From IMG/VR virus record IMGVR_UViG_3300027969_002800, positions 32,001 through 96,000 of that record: 64,000 nucleotides of DNA; one strand, written 5' to 3'. This document shows positions 1-10,748 of the stretch, piece by piece. Position numbers and translations under genes: made by a program. A model generated the notes under the pieces. The model was given only the letters and a program-made list of their open reading frames with translations. It searched no databases and was not told the DNA's origin. This DNA comes from a virus. Within the stretch, counting starts at the first letter, position 1; the number at the start of each line of letters is the position of its first letter.

Positions 1-2
1 AA

Positions 3-3000
3 AGGTTTACACAAGAGATAAATCAAAACCTTGATGGTAACTATTATGTATTAATTCCTGCAGATGGTTCTACTGAGTGGATGATGAATCTTGGTAACAC
101 TATAAAACTAAAAGAGATTGAGGGTGGAAGAGCTTGGAGTAAAATCAATAAGATATTTCAAGGATATTTAAAAGATGATATAGCTCTTGCTTTAGATGCT
201 GATAATAGAGAGAAGTTAAATAATATTGGAAACAAAGCTAAAGAACTAAGATTCTTCAAAGATATACTTTCTGAAAAAGCACTAGCTGATATAAATGAAC
301 TTATATCTGAGAATGCTACTATGGAATCATTTGAAACTTACATTAGTGAGAATGCAGAAGATATTAATAATTCTATAAAAGAATACATAGATTCAACTGT
401 TGTTGAGACAAGAGAAGTGCTTACAGAGAATAAACAAATTAGATTACTTAAAGAGGGTGTATACGCTTATAGTGGATTAATTGACACATTTGCAAAAAAT
501 GAAGCATTTGATAAGTTTGCTCTTTCTGATCAAACCATAAATGATATATTGACATTTGCTAATGTTAATTACATCATTAATAATATTGAATATCACAAAG
601 TTTTATTTGGAGATCCTTATCAGTTTGCTATTAAGAAAGATGGTTCATTAGATGAGACCAAACGTATCAAATCTTTCTTATCTCCTAGAAGAACTACATT
701 TGATACTCCTGAATTTAATACATTCTTGAATCAAAAGTTAAATAAAATTGGTGAGATTAATTTAAAACCTGGAGACCCTGGATACCAACAATTCAAAGCT
801 TATACTAACACTGTAACATTTAAAGATGTAACTATTGCAGGAAGTCTTAGTAATGCTATTTCTGCTTATAGTAAAACAAATGAAGCTGATGCAATGTCTT
901 GGTTAATGGATGGTACATATAGAGAGATTAAACTTAAGAATGGTCAATGGAGTGAAGAAGCTGAAGCTTGGCACCAATGGCAAATGGCTTATACAAGACA
1001 AAACTATCCAGGATATACATACACTAGTGATAACCTTAAAAGACATGATACTGCTTTAGTTAAAACTAAAGAGCCTAAACATGTATTGGAAGTATTAAAA
1101 CCTATTGTGTCTGGTAATAAATATGGTAAAAACAATTTAGATCTTGTTCTAGATAAGTTTTCACAAATGCCTGTATACTACAGTATGGTAAAAGGTACTA
1201 CACTGGAGAAACTTTATGTTAAGATGTTTGAGGCTGGTGTAGGATATGCTATTGTTGAATCTGGTAGAAAGGTTGGAGCTGAAGAGTTACATTCATTGTA
1301 TAATACAGATGGTTCATTTAATGATAATGCATTTAATAATAATATTCAAGTGCCTTGGAAAGCTTATGGTATCCAAGTAGAAACTGCAACAGAAGGAGTT
1401 AAACAACAAACAAGAGGATCTCAGCTTACTAAGTTATCAAGTATGGATTTATTTGATAATGGTCAGACTATTGGAGCTACACCTGAAAGACAAGAAGCTA
1501 TTAGAAATGAATACAATCGTAATGTAAAGATATTAAATGATTTACATCAACATGGATATAACACTCTATTAACTAGACTTGGTGTTGTAGATAATGGAAA
1601 CGGATTTACACTTAAAGATGGTAAAGCTGTATCTGAAACTCTTATGCGTGAATTGTTAAGAAGAGAAGCTTCTGATAATACAATAGATACATTACAGCTT
1701 GATAAAGAGACTAATCAATTCTTAATTCCATTTGAAGCATCTCCTTCTTATATTGAGATAAGAAATGTTCTTTACTCATTGATTGATAAATCTATCATCT
1801 CTCCTAAGATGAATGGTGGTGCTCATGTACAGGTGCCTGCAACAATGTTTGAACAAGCAACTAAAGGAAGAAGTCTTGCTATTAAAACAGCAGAAGGTTG
1901 GAAGAAAATATCTAAAGAAGCTTATAATGCTCTTTCTGATGCAGATAAAAAGAATGTAATGTTAACTGATGACACACTTAAGTTTTACACTAAAGCAGAT
2001 CCTTATTGTGAAATATTACTTCCTCATTGGTTAAAAGGTAAACTTGGTAAACATGCAGATAAATCTGATGAAGAACTAATAGAATATCTAAACAATACAC
2101 CTGATGGTAAAGCTTTGTTACAAGGTATTGGTTTCCGTATTCCTACACAAGCTCTATCCTCTGTAGAAGCAGTTAGAGTGAAAGGGTTTCTTCCACAATA
2201 CATGGGATCAACTGTTGTTGTTCCTTCAGAAATCACTACTAAAGCAGGATCGGATTTTGATATAGATAAGTTAAATATGTACCTTAAATCTACTTACCTA
2301 GATAAGAATGGAGATGTTAGACTAATCAAATACATGGGATCTGAAGAAGCTACTAAGGAGTTCTATGGTGATATGTTTGATAAAGGATTACTTCTTAGCA
2401 AAGAACAAACTAGACAACTAGAACAAGAGCTTGCTCTTGGTAAAGATGCTGAGTATGAAGATAGACTTGTTAAGAGTATGTTTGGTGATCTTGGTGTATT
2501 CTCTGATGAAGACATCATTGATGACTTTACTAAATCATTAACTGAACAAGGAGTCAAAGAAACTGTTGTAAATGAAATGTATAAGAAATCTTTAGAGAAT
2601 GAATACTATGACTCTCTTGAGAAACTTATAACATTACCAGAAAACTTTGAAAGACTTATATCTCCTATTGGTGATGCTGGACTTAAGGCATTATCTATCG
2701 AATTAGATAAGTTAAGAGGGTATGATGAGACAACTATTAAGAATAGAATGCTTGATAGAAACTATCTAACTACTCTTAGAAACTCATTTGTTACAGCTAA
2801 ACGTTGGGTAGGTATTGCAGCAGTTAATATTACAAATCTATCATTGAAACAAAAGAGTGAAGTGTATATCGATCCTTCTAAGTTCTCAGGATTATCTGAA
2901 CAAGATGAAAGATTCTTAGGTGATGGAGAGATTGCATTGAAGCATAACACAGTGATGATTGATGGACAGGAAAGAGTTTCTTTATCTGGAACAACAGTAA

Positions 3001-5750
3001 AAGATTCAACTGAACTTATATCTAATAGACTTTCTGGGTATGCAACATCTTTTGTGGATGTAGCTAAGGATGACTATATAACTAAGATTATACAATCAGA
3101 TCTTGTTATTGGTACATTTATGTTCCTTGAGAATATTGGAGCAGGTGAACAAGCAGCAATGTTCTTAAATCAACCAATCATTTCTGAATACTTAAAATAT
3201 TTAAATAGTGTAAGTGCTAAAGGATTATTTACTGGTAAAAATATTGGAGTTATAAAAGATAAATTTGTAACTACTAAAGATAATCTTGCATCTACAGAAT
3301 TAAATGTTACAAACTTAGATGGTAACATTGTAGATTATTATGCAGGCACTACATTCAATGCAACAAGAAATGCTGAACAACATAAGATACTTGATGAATT
3401 CTTGAAATATGCTAAGATGGCTGAGTATAATTTTAAATTTACACAAGCTACAAACTATGATACCACTAAACTAAGAAGTGCTGAAACACTTTCTAAGAAA
3501 CAATGGAGAACACAAACTGCATTAGATACAAACATAATAAGTTCTGTTGATAATATATTGAATTCTACATTCATTGGACCACAGTCTAAATTCTTAGATA
3601 AGTCTACAGAAGCAATGGGAGCTGTTCTTAAACTTGATCAACTTGAGTTTAAAGAAATAACTAACACTGTTCTTAAGAGCTTTGGTAACAATGAGTACTT
3701 GGCTAATGATAAGTTTGAGAAGATAGCAGTGGAGATCAAAGCTGCATTCATTGACTATGTTGTACAGAATGAAACTAAGTATAGTGACAGGATAAAAGAA
3801 TTGCTTATAGATGATAACACTTCTGTGGCAGTTAGAATGGAAATAGCTAAGCAGAACAATCCAAACCTACAAATTCTTAAAGAGTTGCAAGTTGAAACAG
3901 GAGAAAGACCTGATGGTGTAAAAACTATTAGATTAAAGGTGAGACCTGATAATGCTGCTGATAAGAATATGTACACAGGAATGATGAGAGAACTTAGAGA
4001 CACTCCTGCAACAAATCAATTATATAAAGACATTGTAGAACTATCTATATTACAAGGAACATATGCTTCTCCATTATCTATTAGAGAGATTATCCCAATA
4101 GAAGACTACAGTGCTATAGTTGAACCAATCATTTCTGGACTTGTAGCTAACAAAAGTCTTGATGAGTTTACTAAAGGATGGTATCAAAGAAACAATTTCA
4201 AAAACTCTGATGTATTTCCTACTGTAGAAAACATTAAGTTCTTTCAGTCATTCACAGAACAACCTATAAGAACACCAGAAGGAGATCTATATAAATACTT
4301 CTCTTATGCATTTCCATCAGCAGAAGGTCTTGGCATAAAAGATGAGGATAGAAAGATTTTATTCCTTAGTGAGAAATATAACTTTATGGATTTAAAACAT
4401 GACTATGTTAAAATTCCTAGAGTTGTAGGTGGTATAGATATGGTTAATGGTAGAGAAGTTAGTTCAGCTGATTATGCCAGAAGAAAAGCTAAAGGTGATT
4501 ACTCATTAAAAGATTACTTTGGATATGAAAAAGTTAAAGATGAGTATGGTCAACCATTAATTATATATAAAACAATTAAAGGAGAAATAATAGGTCATCA
4601 TGTATACAAACTTATCAATCTATATGGAGATGGTAATAGAGCTACAGAGAACTATGAATATTTCAAACCATCAGTGATTGATAATGGATCAATGAAAATT
4701 GATGCAGAGATTCCTAATGCTGACATTATTAATTATTATGGTGCTAGTTTAGAAAAAGAAGACTTATCTTTACCAACAGAAGAAGTTATAACTGAACCTA
4801 AACAAGTGACTGAAAAATCTAAAAATATAGAAGTGGTAGATAGATACTCTATTACAGATGTACAAGCTAACCCAAATAAGATTTATGTATTTGGAGATAA
4901 TACTAAACGAGTAGGAACTGGTGGGCAAGCTCAAATTAGAAACAATCCTAATGCTATGGGTATTGCTACAAAATTAGAACCATCTAATGAACCTAATGCA
5001 TTTATGTCAGATAAAGATTTAGCTAGTAATAAAGAGGTAATTGATGGTGATATAACTAAGATAAAAGCAACAGGAAAGGCTATTGTATTACCTAAAGATG
5101 GATTTGGTACAGGACTTGCTAAACTAAAAGAAAAAGCTCCACAAACTTATGCATATTTAAAACGAAGACTATTAGAAGAATTTGGATTTGATAATGATAA
5201 AGGAACTATAACTGAACAAGTTGAAAAAGCTAAGCAAAGAGAATTGTTTACCTTTGAAAAAGGTATAGCTCAGAAATCATTCAGAAACAAAACTCTTAAC
5301 TTTGTAGATAAAATTACTACTAAGAAAGATACAGTGGTAGGTATGCAGTTTAATAAACAAACAAAAATAATAAATGTTGATCAAAAGGCGATGGTTCAAA
5401 AGTTTGAAGAAAAAGCTTGGACAACTCCTTCTCAACAATTAGATGGATCCTTTGCTACAGCTCTTGATGCAAATGAATTCAAGTCTGCAGAAGAGTGGTT
5501 TACATTTGGATTACTACATGAAGTTAAGCATGATACTATATTTAAAGAAGAAGGTGAGACTACTGGTCAATATGAAGATAGAATCAATCAAGCTGCATTA
5601 GAAGATCTAAGAAAGAATTATAATATTGAAGAATCTACAGCTGAAGTTATGACAGATTTAGGAATGCCAATATCTTTGCTTGGAATTTCTCAAGAAGAAT
5701 GGAATAGTTTATCAGTAGAGGAAAAAGAACAAATAAAAAAATGTAATTAA
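3..5750 (+). CDS. Giant virion-associated RNA polymerase, crAss-like (5' truncated by the window edge)
   Basis: Frame is open from nt 3, upstream of the annotated Met at 81. Catalytic DxDxD motif in AGSDFDIDKLNMY, preceded by IGFRIPTQ as in crAss-like vRNAPs; more than 1900 aa. The C-terminal region adds a YVFGDN..G.GGQA domain and an LLHEVKH (HExxH) motif. Confidence 0.88.
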   Translation, partial: RFTQEINQNLDGNYYVLIPADGSTEWMMNLGNTIKLKEIEGGRAWSKINKIFQGYLKDDIALALDADNREKLNNIGNKAKELRFFKDILSEKALADINELISENATMESFETYISENAEDINNSIKEYIDSTVVETREVLTENKQIRLLKEGVYAYSGLIDTFAKNEAFDKFALSDQTINDILTFANVNYIINNIEYHKVLFGDPYQFAIKKDGSLDETKRIKSFLSPRRTTFDTPEFNTFLNQKLNKIGEINLKPGDPGYQQFKAYTNTVTFKDVTIAGSLSNAISAYSKTNEADAMSWLMDGTYREIKLKNGQWSEEAEAWHQWQMAYTRQNYPGYTYTSDNLKRHDTALVKTKEPKHVLEVLKPIVSGNKYGKNNLDLVLDKFSQMPVYYSMVKGTTLEKLYVKMFEAGVGYAIVESGRKVGAEELHSLYNTDGSFNDNAFNNNIQVPWKAYGIQVETATEGVKQQTRGSQLTKLSSMDLFDNGQTIGATPERQEAIRNEYNRNVKILNDLHQHGYNTLLTRLGVVDNGNGFTLKDGKAVSETLMRELLRREASDNTIDTLQLDKETNQFLIPFEASPSYIEIRNVLYSLIDKSIISPKMNGGAHVQVPATMFEQATKGRSLAIKTAEGWKKISKEAYNALSDADKKNVMLTDDTLKFYTKADPYCEILLPHWLKGKLGKHADKSDEELIEYLNNTPDGKALLQGIGFRIPTQALSSVEAVRVKGFLPQYMGSTVVVPSEITTKAGSDFDIDKLNMYLKSTYLDKNGDVRLIKYMGSEEATKEFYGDMFDKGLLLSKEQTRQLEQELALGKDAEYEDRLVKSMFGDLGVFSDEDIIDDFTKSLTEQGVKETVVNEMYKKSLENEYYDSLEKLITLPENFERLISPIGDAGLKALSIELDKLRGYDETTIKNRMLDRNYLTTLRNSFVTAKRWVGIAAVNITNLSLKQKSEVYIDPSKFSGLSEQDERFLGDGEIALKHNTVMIDGQERVSLSGTTVKDSTELISNRLSGYATSFVDVAKDDYITKIIQSDLVIGTFMFLENIGAGEQAAMFLNQPIISEYLKYLNSVSAKGLFTGKNIGVIKDKFVTTKDNLASTELNVTNLDGNIVDYYAGTTFNATRNAEQHKILDEFLKYAKMAEYNFKFTQATNYDTTKLRSAETLSKKQWRTQTALDTNIISSVDNILNSTFIGPQSKFLDKSTEAMGAVLKLDQLEFKEITNTVLKSFGNNEYLANDKFEKIAVEIKAAFIDYVVQNETKYSDRIKELLIDDNTSVAVRMEIAKQNNPNLQILKELQVETGERPDGVKTIRLKVRPDNAADKNMYTGMMRELRDTPATNQLYKDIVELSILQGTYASPLSIREIIPIEDYSAIVEPIISGLVANKSLDEFTKGWYQRNNFKNSDVFPTVENIKFFQSFTEQPIRTPEGDLYKYFSYAFPSAEGLGIKDEDRKILFLSEKYNFMDLKHDYVKIPRVVGGIDMVNGREVSSADYARRKAKGDYSLKDYFGYEKVKDEYGQPLIIYKTIKGEIIGHHVYKLINLYGDGNRATENYEYFKPSVIDNGSMKIDAEIPNADIINYYGASLEKEDLSLPTEEVITEPKQVTEKSKNIEVVDRYSITDVQANPNKIYVFGDNTKRVGTGGQAQIRNNPNAMGIATKLEPSNEPNAFMSDKDLASNKEVIDGDITKIKATGKAIVLPKDGFGTGLAKLKEKAPQTYAYLKRRLLEEFGFDNDKGTITEQVEKAKQRELFTFEKGIAQKSFRNKTLNFVDKITTKKDTVVGMQFNKQTKIINVDQKAMVQKFEEKAWTTPSQQLDGSFATALDANEFKSAEEWFTFGLLHEVKHDTIFKEEGETTGQYEDRINQAALEDLRKNYNIEESTAEVMTDLGMPISLLGISQEEWNSLSVEEKEQIKKCN

Positions 5751-8700
5751 ATGGCAAATTGTGTTAATATAAATTCCAAAGAATTTAAAGAATTAAAACG
5801 ACAAACTAATTTGTCTGAAAAAGTTCTACAGGCTAAAGTAGGTGTATGGCAAAATAAGAATGGAGAAGAAAATTTTCCTTCTAAAGAAGATATATATTCT
5901 GATATGTCTATTCCTAAAAGACTTGGAATTTTTAAAAAAGAAGTAAGTTACTCGCAATCTATAAATATAAATAAGAATGTAAGAATATATAATAAGAATA
6001 ATGATACTTCTTTATATGTAAACTTTAAAAAAGTTGGACAGGCAGATATCTATACATGGGATATTGTAGATAAAAGAAGCGGACAATCTATTTTTTTACA
6101 AAAAGAAGGAACAGAGATAAAATCTGCTGCTTCAAAAACCATTGCTGCATTAAAAGATTTCACTAAACGTATTGGTGTAGATATAAAAAATGTAAAAGAT
6201 ATAGTGGTAGATGGCGTTAGACAAGATGCTAATGGTGCTGCTATAATGATGCAAAGACTTATTGAAGTGGTAGAGGGTAAAGAAGCTCAAGCTCTTCCTG
6301 AAGAAGCTATGCACTTTGCTGTTGAGATAATTGAACAAAAAAATCCTAAACTATTCAATCAACTTCTTAAAGAGATCACTGATTATACTATTTATAATGA
6401 TGTACTTAGAGATTACTCAGATGATCCTAAATATCAAACCCCAGAAGGCAAACCAGACATCCGTAAGCTAAAGAAAGAAGCTATTGGTAAAGTGTTAGCT
6501 GAAGTGGTTATTAATCAATCTGAGGGCATCAGTGAGCATCCAGAGAAGATAGCTAAAGTTGAAACTTGGTGGTCTAAAATAATGAATAGTTTAAAAAACT
6601 TATTTACTACAAGTGGATTTGATCAAGCTTCTATGGATATACTTTCTGGTAAGAATATTGGTACAGCTGAAGATATAACAAGTACAGATGTTTATTTACA
6701 AAAGACTGAAGCATCTAAACAAGAACAAATTTATAATTCAATAAAAGAAATAGCTAGTAAGATAAAGAAAGAAGATGATGGCTATTCTATAGATGGTAAG
6801 AAGATAGGTAGAAGGGTTTCTGATATTGTATCAGACTGGTATAAAAGAAGACTGGGAGAAGGATCATTAACTAATGATGAGTTCACTAATACAGTTAATG
6901 ATCTTAAAGCAACCAAAGGTACAGCAGGACATGCTGATCTTGAACATGCATTTGAAATATTTGTTGATGAGAATGGAAAATTGAGAGATGAGATATTAAA
7001 TGATGATGGATATGTTTCTCAATTAAATCCTAATGATAGAACTATGTATGATATATTGAAGAAGAATCTTCAAGATAGACTTGCTACATTCCCTAAAGGA
7101 ACTATATTCATGTCTGAAGCTACATTATATGATGCTAAAAGAGATATGGCAGGTACTGTGGATTTCTTAGCTATTACACCAGAAGGAAAGGTGAACATCC
7201 TTGACTGGAAGTTCATGGATCTTAATACAGATAAGTATGAAGATATTCCTTGGTATAAAATCAATGCATGGAACATTCAGATGGAACAATATAAATACAT
7301 GATTAGTCGTGTATACAATGTTAAGAATGAAAACTTTGAACAAACAAGGATGATTCCTATAAAAGCTGTTTACTCAGAGGCTAATAGAAAGACAGGAGCA
7401 ATGCCTCAATTGCTAAGTATTAAGATTGGTGATGTAAATGTTAAAAATATACAAGAGGATTATTTAATTCCTGTAGGTCTTGAAGCTGAAAAGACTGGAA
7501 ACAAAAAGATTGATGGCTTATTAGAAAAACTAAATGGTATCTATAAAAAACTTTCTGCAGAGAAAGCTCTTCCTTCAGAAAAAATAAACAAGGCTGAGCA
7601 ATTGAATGCTTTGTTTTCTGCTATTAGACAATTGCAAATGAAACAAAACATTGCTCCATTATTATATCAAGCAAAAGTTTTGAATAAACAAATCGAAGCT
7701 ACAATAAATATATACAATACTAAATTCAAGGGTGAGGATAAATCTAAATTTACTGAAGTTGAAATTAGTGAGTTTGCTAACACATTAGAAGTTATACAAC
7801 AAGCTTTAGATTCTTATATGAATCTAGATACAGAATTAAAATTCTTATTTCAAGGTGAATTATCTGAAGAAGATAAGAAGTTAAAAGAAGAACTTAGAGA
7901 TACAGTTGATAATGCTAGAGAGTACAAGGACCAATTAAAAGATGTTGATATAGAATATATAGAAAACTTTGTTGGTGGTTCTGCTACTGCTGAGAAGATA
8001 GTGAAAGGACTAACCAAGTGGTTTGGTAACACTGCTACAATTCAATTAAAAGCATTAGAGGTGCTATTTAAAAAATCTAATAAAGCATATGCTTTAGCTG
8101 GAATGGATGTTCAAACAGAAGTTAAAAAACTAACTAATATAAAGAGTTCTTTTGAAAAGTGGGCATCAGCTAAAGGACTTAGTGTTAAAAATCAATTTGA
8201 TTTACTTAAGAAGAAAGAGTCTAATGAATTAATCGATGAGTTCGATCCTACGTTTTATTCTACATTAAAAGAAAAGATTAAAGATAAAGACATTAGTTGG
8301 ATCAAAGATAATGTAGATGTAGAAGCATATAGAAAATATCTTGAAGAAAAAAGAGAGGAAGAGTATCAAAGAATTGATGATAAAGCTGCGTACAGAGTAG
8401 GTAGCGAAGAACAAATTAATAAAGATATAGCTAGAGAGAAATCTAAAGTGAGTGATCTTTATAATATTCTATCAGATAAATCTGTAGGATGGTTACTTGA
8501 AAATGATATAAAGAAGTTTCCTAAAAGAGAAACTTGGGAATCTGCTGAATGGAAAGAATTAAATAAACCAGAGAATGCTCCAGCTAAAGAGTTCTATGAT
8601 TACATCAAAGAAAGAAATCAATATTACCAAAGTATAGGATATATAAATGCAGCTGATGCTAGAACGTTTCTTCCATGGGTTAGAAAAGGTTTTACAGAAA

Positions 8701-10661
8701 AACTTATATTTGGTGGGAATGTTACAATAGGAGAACAATTCTTAAGAAACATATCTGTTGATGAAGGAGATACAGGATATGGAGCAATTGACCCTAATAC
8801 AGGTAAACCAATTGACACTATACCTAGATACTTAACAGGTAAGATAGATGGAGAAGTATCTACAGATCTATTTAAAACTATGGCAATGTACAATGAGTTT
8901 GCTATCAAGTTTAAATACTTAACAGATATAGAAGCACAGGGTAGAGCTCTTGTTAGATTGGAAAGAAATAAAAAAGCTATTGCAACATCTTATTTTGGCA
9001 AGACTGAATATAAAGATGGTGTACTACAATACAATCCAGATAACACAGAGAATACTAAACTAGTTGAGGATATGGTAAAAGCTATTATCTATCAACAACA
9101 ATATATACAAAGTGATACATTTGATCAAGTGCTAGGAACATTTGGTAAGTTAGGTGAAAGAGTTAATAAAAAGTTAGGAATGAAAATACTTCCTGAAAAC
9201 TTAGAAGGAAGACAAGTTTCTGTAAACAAAGTGGTTACACAATTAAATAATTCATTCCAAGTGATGACATTAGGATTAAATCCTCTATCTTCTTTGTCGA
9301 ATTTATTTGGTGGTAAGACACAATCATTTATAAACTCAGGTAAGTATTTTACTAAAACAGATTTTGTAACTACAGAGATGTGGTTATTAGCAAATAAAAT
9401 GGGTGGACAAGATAAACAAAAAGCATTAGCTGCTTTAGATTATTTCATTCCATTCACAGAAAATTATAATAGACATGCTGCTAGAAAACTTTCTCTTAAT
9501 AAGTTGAATGATGAGGCTGTTCAAGATTTTCTTATGGTAATGATGAGAAGTGGTGAGGAGTCTGTACAGACTACTAACTTTTTTAGTTTCTTAAAGAATT
9601 CAATTGTATTAGATGGTCAAGTGGTTAACACTAGGGAGTATTTAAAATCAACTGATGAATATAAAGACTTCTATGCAGGAACACAAAGTGAAAGAGATGC
9701 TAGAGCTGCAAAGTTTGAAGAAGATGTAACAGCTCTTAATGAAGAGAAAGGTGTTTTACAATTAGGAAAAGTTGTTGATGGTGAGTTTGTAATTCCTGGT
9801 GTAGAAAGAAAGTCTGATTCTGTAATAGAACTTAGAAGAAAGGTGCAACAGTTCACTAGTGATGCATTAGGAAACTTAACAGAAGAGAACAAACGTTTAA
9901 TTAACTTAAATGTATATGGTAAATCATTCATGGTGTTTAAGAACTGGATTCCTAGACTTGTAGATGTACGTATGGGTAATGTTAAATATAATTCTGCTTC
10001 TGATGCATACGAATGGGGAAGAACTAGAATGTTTGTTAGAATGATATCTGAAGACTATATGAAATCTTTAGGAAATCTTATTAATACATTACAAGGAAAT
10101 GATAAAGGAATGGAATTTGTCAGAAAACTTTATGAAAAGAAGAAGGCTGATTATGAAACTGATACCAATAAAGAGTTTAAGATGACAGAAGCTGAGTTCA
10201 CCGATCTTGTTAAACAGAATTTAAAAAATCAAATTGTAGATTTCTTATTCTATGCAGGATTGTTTGCATTATACTTAGGAGTGAAAGCACTTGCTCCTGA
10301 TGATGATGAGGATCCTTTAGTTAAGAATCAACATAAATTTGCACTAAAAGCAATTGATAAACTTAGAGATGAGATTGGATATTTCTATGATCCAACTAGT
10401 CTTGGTACATTAGTATCAGGAGGAGTATTTCCATCAGTACAATTATTAACTAATTATAGAAAAGCATTAGGTAGTTTCTTAATTGAAAATTATGCAATTG
10501 CGACAGGAAATGAAAAGTTAGAAGAAAAGAATAAAGTGATTAAATATTGGATGAAATCTTTCAAGGTGACTAATCAAATGTCAGCTCTTCTACCATTGTT
10601 CTCTCCAGAGCTTGCAAAAGATCTTGACATTAGAATGCAATCAAAATTTGGAATTAGATAA
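5751..10661 (+). CDS. Giant virion/ejection protein with a PD-(D/E)XK nuclease-like domain
   Basis: 1636 aa, directly after the vRNAP. AGTVDFLAITPEGKVNILDWK is a PD-(D/E)XK-type motif; LPEEAMHF is a degenerate zincin-like motif; long helical C-terminal region. Confidence 0.7.
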   Translation: MANCVNINSKEFKELKRQTNLSEKVLQAKVGVWQNKNGEENFPSKEDIYSDMSIPKRLGIFKKEVSYSQSININKNVRIYNKNNDTSLYVNFKKVGQADIYTWDIVDKRSGQSIFLQKEGTEIKSAASKTIAALKDFTKRIGVDIKNVKDIVVDGVRQDANGAAIMMQRLIEVVEGKEAQALPEEAMHFAVEIIEQKNPKLFNQLLKEITDYTIYNDVLRDYSDDPKYQTPEGKPDIRKLKKEAIGKVLAEVVINQSEGISEHPEKIAKVETWWSKIMNSLKNLFTTSGFDQASMDILSGKNIGTAEDITSTDVYLQKTEASKQEQIYNSIKEIASKIKKEDDGYSIDGKKIGRRVSDIVSDWYKRRLGEGSLTNDEFTNTVNDLKATKGTAGHADLEHAFEIFVDENGKLRDEILNDDGYVSQLNPNDRTMYDILKKNLQDRLATFPKGTIFMSEATLYDAKRDMAGTVDFLAITPEGKVNILDWKFMDLNTDKYEDIPWYKINAWNIQMEQYKYMISRVYNVKNENFEQTRMIPIKAVYSEANRKTGAMPQLLSIKIGDVNVKNIQEDYLIPVGLEAEKTGNKKIDGLLEKLNGIYKKLSAEKALPSEKINKAEQLNALFSAIRQLQMKQNIAPLLYQAKVLNKQIEATINIYNTKFKGEDKSKFTEVEISEFANTLEVIQQALDSYMNLDTELKFLFQGELSEEDKKLKEELRDTVDNAREYKDQLKDVDIEYIENFVGGSATAEKIVKGLTKWFGNTATIQLKALEVLFKKSNKAYALAGMDVQTEVKKLTNIKSSFEKWASAKGLSVKNQFDLLKKKESNELIDEFDPTFYSTLKEKIKDKDISWIKDNVDVEAYRKYLEEKREEEYQRIDDKAAYRVGSEEQINKDIAREKSKVSDLYNILSDKSVGWLLENDIKKFPKRETWESAEWKELNKPENAPAKEFYDYIKERNQYYQSIGYINAADARTFLPWVRKGFTEKLIFGGNVTIGEQFLRNISVDEGDTGYGAIDPNTGKPIDTIPRYLTGKIDGEVSTDLFKTMAMYNEFAIKFKYLTDIEAQGRALVRLERNKKAIATSYFGKTEYKDGVLQYNPDNTENTKLVEDMVKAIIYQQQYIQSDTFDQVLGTFGKLGERVNKKLGMKILPENLEGRQVSVNKVVTQLNNSFQVMTLGLNPLSSLSNLFGGKTQSFINSGKYFTKTDFVTTEMWLLANKMGGQDKQKALAALDYFIPFTENYNRHAARKLSLNKLNDEAVQDFLMVMMRSGEESVQTTNFFSFLKNSIVLDGQVVNTREYLKSTDEYKDFYAGTQSERDARAAKFEEDVTALNEEKGVLQLGKVVDGEFVIPGVERKSDSVIELRRKVQQFTSDALGNLTEENKRLINLNVYGKSFMVFKNWIPRLVDVRMGNVKYNSASDAYEWGRTRMFVRMISEDYMKSLGNLINTLQGNDKGMEFVRKLYEKKKADYETDTNKEFKMTEAEFTDLVKQNLKNQIVDFLFYAGLFALYLGVKALAPDDDEDPLVKNQHKFALKAIDKLRDEIGYFYDPTSLGTLVSGGVFPSVQLLTNYRKALGSFLIENYAIATGNEKLEEKNKVIKYWMKSFKVTNQMSALLPLFSPELAKDLDIRMQSKFGIR

Positions 10662-10748
10662 TCAAACGCTATATTATACCTATCTATTTCATACAACACT
10701 TTGACCTTAAGTTTATAAACATTATTTTTACAGATTAATACACATATT

